DNA from: Marinobacter sp. | GTDB taxonomy: Bacteria > Pseudomonadota > Gammaproteobacteria > Pseudomonadales > Oleiphilaceae | Direction of reading: 5' to 3' | DNA length: 64,000 nt | NCBI GenBank assembly: GCA_018623515.1 | Contig: JAAZVL010000001.1 | Location: 6,037-70,036, forward strand | In this document: positions 62,493 through 64,000 of the stretch, in pieces | Position numbering within the stretch: the first letter of the stretch is position 1 | How the letters are laid out: each line of letters opens with the position of its first letter | Program-made: the position numbers and the translations under genes | Notes under the pieces: generated by a model | The model's database searches: none | What the model was told of the DNA's origin: nothing | What the model saw: the letters and a program-made list of their open reading frames with translations, nothing else

Positions 62493-63563
62493 ATGAAACA
62501 GCTTAGTCAGATCTATCTTCTTTTGCTACTGATTACCGGCCTTTCCGGGTGTACGACCATTGGCTACTACTCCCAGGCAATTTCCGGTCATTTCAGCCTC
62601 ATGACCCGCGGCGAACCGGTAGCCCAGGTCCTCCGTGACGAAGAAACACCCCCGGACATCCGGGATAAGCTGGAGCTGTCACAGAAGGCCAGGCATTTTG
62701 CCCGCAAACAACTGGGGCTACCGGTCGGCGAAGCTTTTCTGGAGTACGTTCAGCTGGAACGGCCGTGGGTGGTGGTGAACCTGGTCGCAGTGCCGGAATT
62801 CTCCCTGGAACCTCACCGCTGGTGCTACCCGTTCGTCGGCTGCCAGGCCTACCGGGGTTATTTCAGCCTGGAGAATGCCAGACAGGAGCAAGCCAGATTC
62901 CGCGAGGACGGTTACGACACCTTCATCGGTGGTGTCACGGCCTATTCCACCCTGGGCTGGTTTGACGATCCGCTGCACAGCGGGTTTACCCGTCTCAGTG
63001 AGGATCGGATGGTCGCCCTGATGTTCCACGAACTGGCCCATCGCGTGGTCTACATTGCCGAAGACACCACCTTCAACGAGAGCTTCGCCACCGCGGTGGA
63101 ACTGGAGGGGCTCCGGCTGTGGCTGAGCCAACGGGGTGAGGCGGACCGGTTCGACGCAGCCCTGGCCCGCTTGCAGCGCCGGAACCAGACCCTGAACCTG
63201 GTACGACAGGCCACCGGAGGCCTGGAGGCACTCTACAGGCAGGCAGACACCCTGCCCGAGGACGTCCTTCGGGCACGAAAACAGTCGATCCTCGCACAGC
63301 TTGCTGACGATTACCGAAGGCTCTCGGAATCCTGGAATGAGCCCGGCCCGTTCGGCCCCGCCCCGGTCACCCTCAACAATGCCAATCTGGCCCTGTTCCG
63401 GCAGTACAACCAGTTCGTCCCCGGCTTCCGCCAGCTGTTGTCGGACCATGGCCACGACTTCCCGGCGTTCTACCGGGCCGTGGAGGAACTGGGCCAGCGA
63501 CCACCGGACCAGCGGACAGCCGCCCTGGAGCGGCTGTCACAGCGGTTTGAAGAAAACCTTTGA
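62493..63563 (+). CDS. Putative zinc aminopeptidase lipoprotein
   Basis: LSGC lipobox; AYSTLGWFDDP; HELAH...FNESFA. Confidence 0.82.
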   Translation: MKQLSQIYLLLLLITGLSGCTTIGYYSQAISGHFSLMTRGEPVAQVLRDEETPPDIRDKLELSQKARHFARKQLGLPVGEAFLEYVQLERPWVVVNLVAVPEFSLEPHRWCYPFVGCQAYRGYFSLENARQEQARFREDGYDTFIGGVTAYSTLGWFDDPLHSGFTRLSEDRMVALMFHELAHRVVYIAEDTTFNESFATAVELEGLRLWLSQRGEADRFDAALARLQRRNQTLNLVRQATGGLEALYRQADTLPEDVLRARKQSILAQLADDYRRLSESWNEPGPFGPAPVTLNNANLALFRQYNQFVPGFRQLLSDHGHDFPAFYRAVEELGQRPPDQRTAALERLSQRFEENL

Positions 63564-64000
63564 GTTGCGCTGGCTGTTATAGGACGCCAGCTTGGGGCCC
63601 GGCAGGGACTGGACAGTGGACGGCAGAAAGCCGCGCTCCCGGAACCAGTGTTCAGTCTGGGTAGTAAGGACAAACAGTTTCTGGATACCCTGGCCACGAG
63701 CCAGCTTCTCGATCATCGCCAGCAGCTCGTCGCCCCGGCCGGCCCGGCGATAGGAAGGGTCAACCGCAAAGCAAGACAGTTCGCCGGCGTTTTCCTCAGG
63801 ATAAGGGTAAAGAGCCGCACAGCCGACGATGGTGCCGTCCCGCTCCGCCACCACGAAGCGGTCGATTTCGGTTTCCAGCATTTCCCGGGAGCGCCGTACC
63901 AGGATCCCCTGCTCTTCCAGCGGCTGGATCAGCTCGAGAATACCCCCGAGGTCCTCCACCCGGGCCTGACGGATCTTTTCATAATTGTCACCACTGACCA
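63537..64000 (-). CDS. argA: Amino-acid N-acetyltransferase, C-terminal GNAT part (5' end beyond the window)
   Basis: LIQPLEEQGILVRRSRE, GCAALYP, LFVLTTQTEHWFRERGF and YNSQRNSK motifs. Confidence 0.93.
   Translation of the reverse strand, partial: VSGDNYEKIRQARVEDLGGILELIQPLEEQGILVRRSREMLETEIDRFVVAERDGTIVGCAALYPYPEENAGELSCFAVDPSYRRAGRGDELLAMIEKLARGQGIQKLFVLTTQTEHWFRERGFLPSTVQSLPGPKLASYNSQRNSKVFFKPL

Overview
This is a GC-rich gammaproteobacterial core-chromosome segment. Gene content, synteny and protein similarity point to Marinobacter, which is an inference from recalled homologs rather than a database search. The backbone runs lptD-surA-pdxA-ksgA-apaH, thiS-thiG-slmA, amgK-murU-djlA-like-rpe-gph-trpE-trpGDC, crp-osmC-speD, prkB and argA. 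Between these blocks are accessory genes: a Cfa-like methyltransferase plus GGR-like reductase pair, an RND pump, a betaine-class ABC transporter, modABC and three c-di-GMP proteins. I found no rRNA, tRNA, CRISPR, IS or phage genes. The most interesting signals are non-coding. (1) Four copies of a 100-112-nt hairpin element share a conserved 53-56-nt core with two GGA-loop hairpins matching CsrA/RsmA sites, but each copy is closed by its own near-perfect 23-29-bp arms. The copies form two divergently oriented pairs, one of which brackets trpC. (2) An unannotated leader peptide containing FFWWFGYGFYF, with attenuator structures, lies upstream of a DAHP synthase and may sense Phe, Trp and Tyr together. 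(3) A WWRW leader peptide upstream of trpE has no classical U-tract terminator. (4) There are Pho-box arrays, XylS-type boxes and a structured speD leader.
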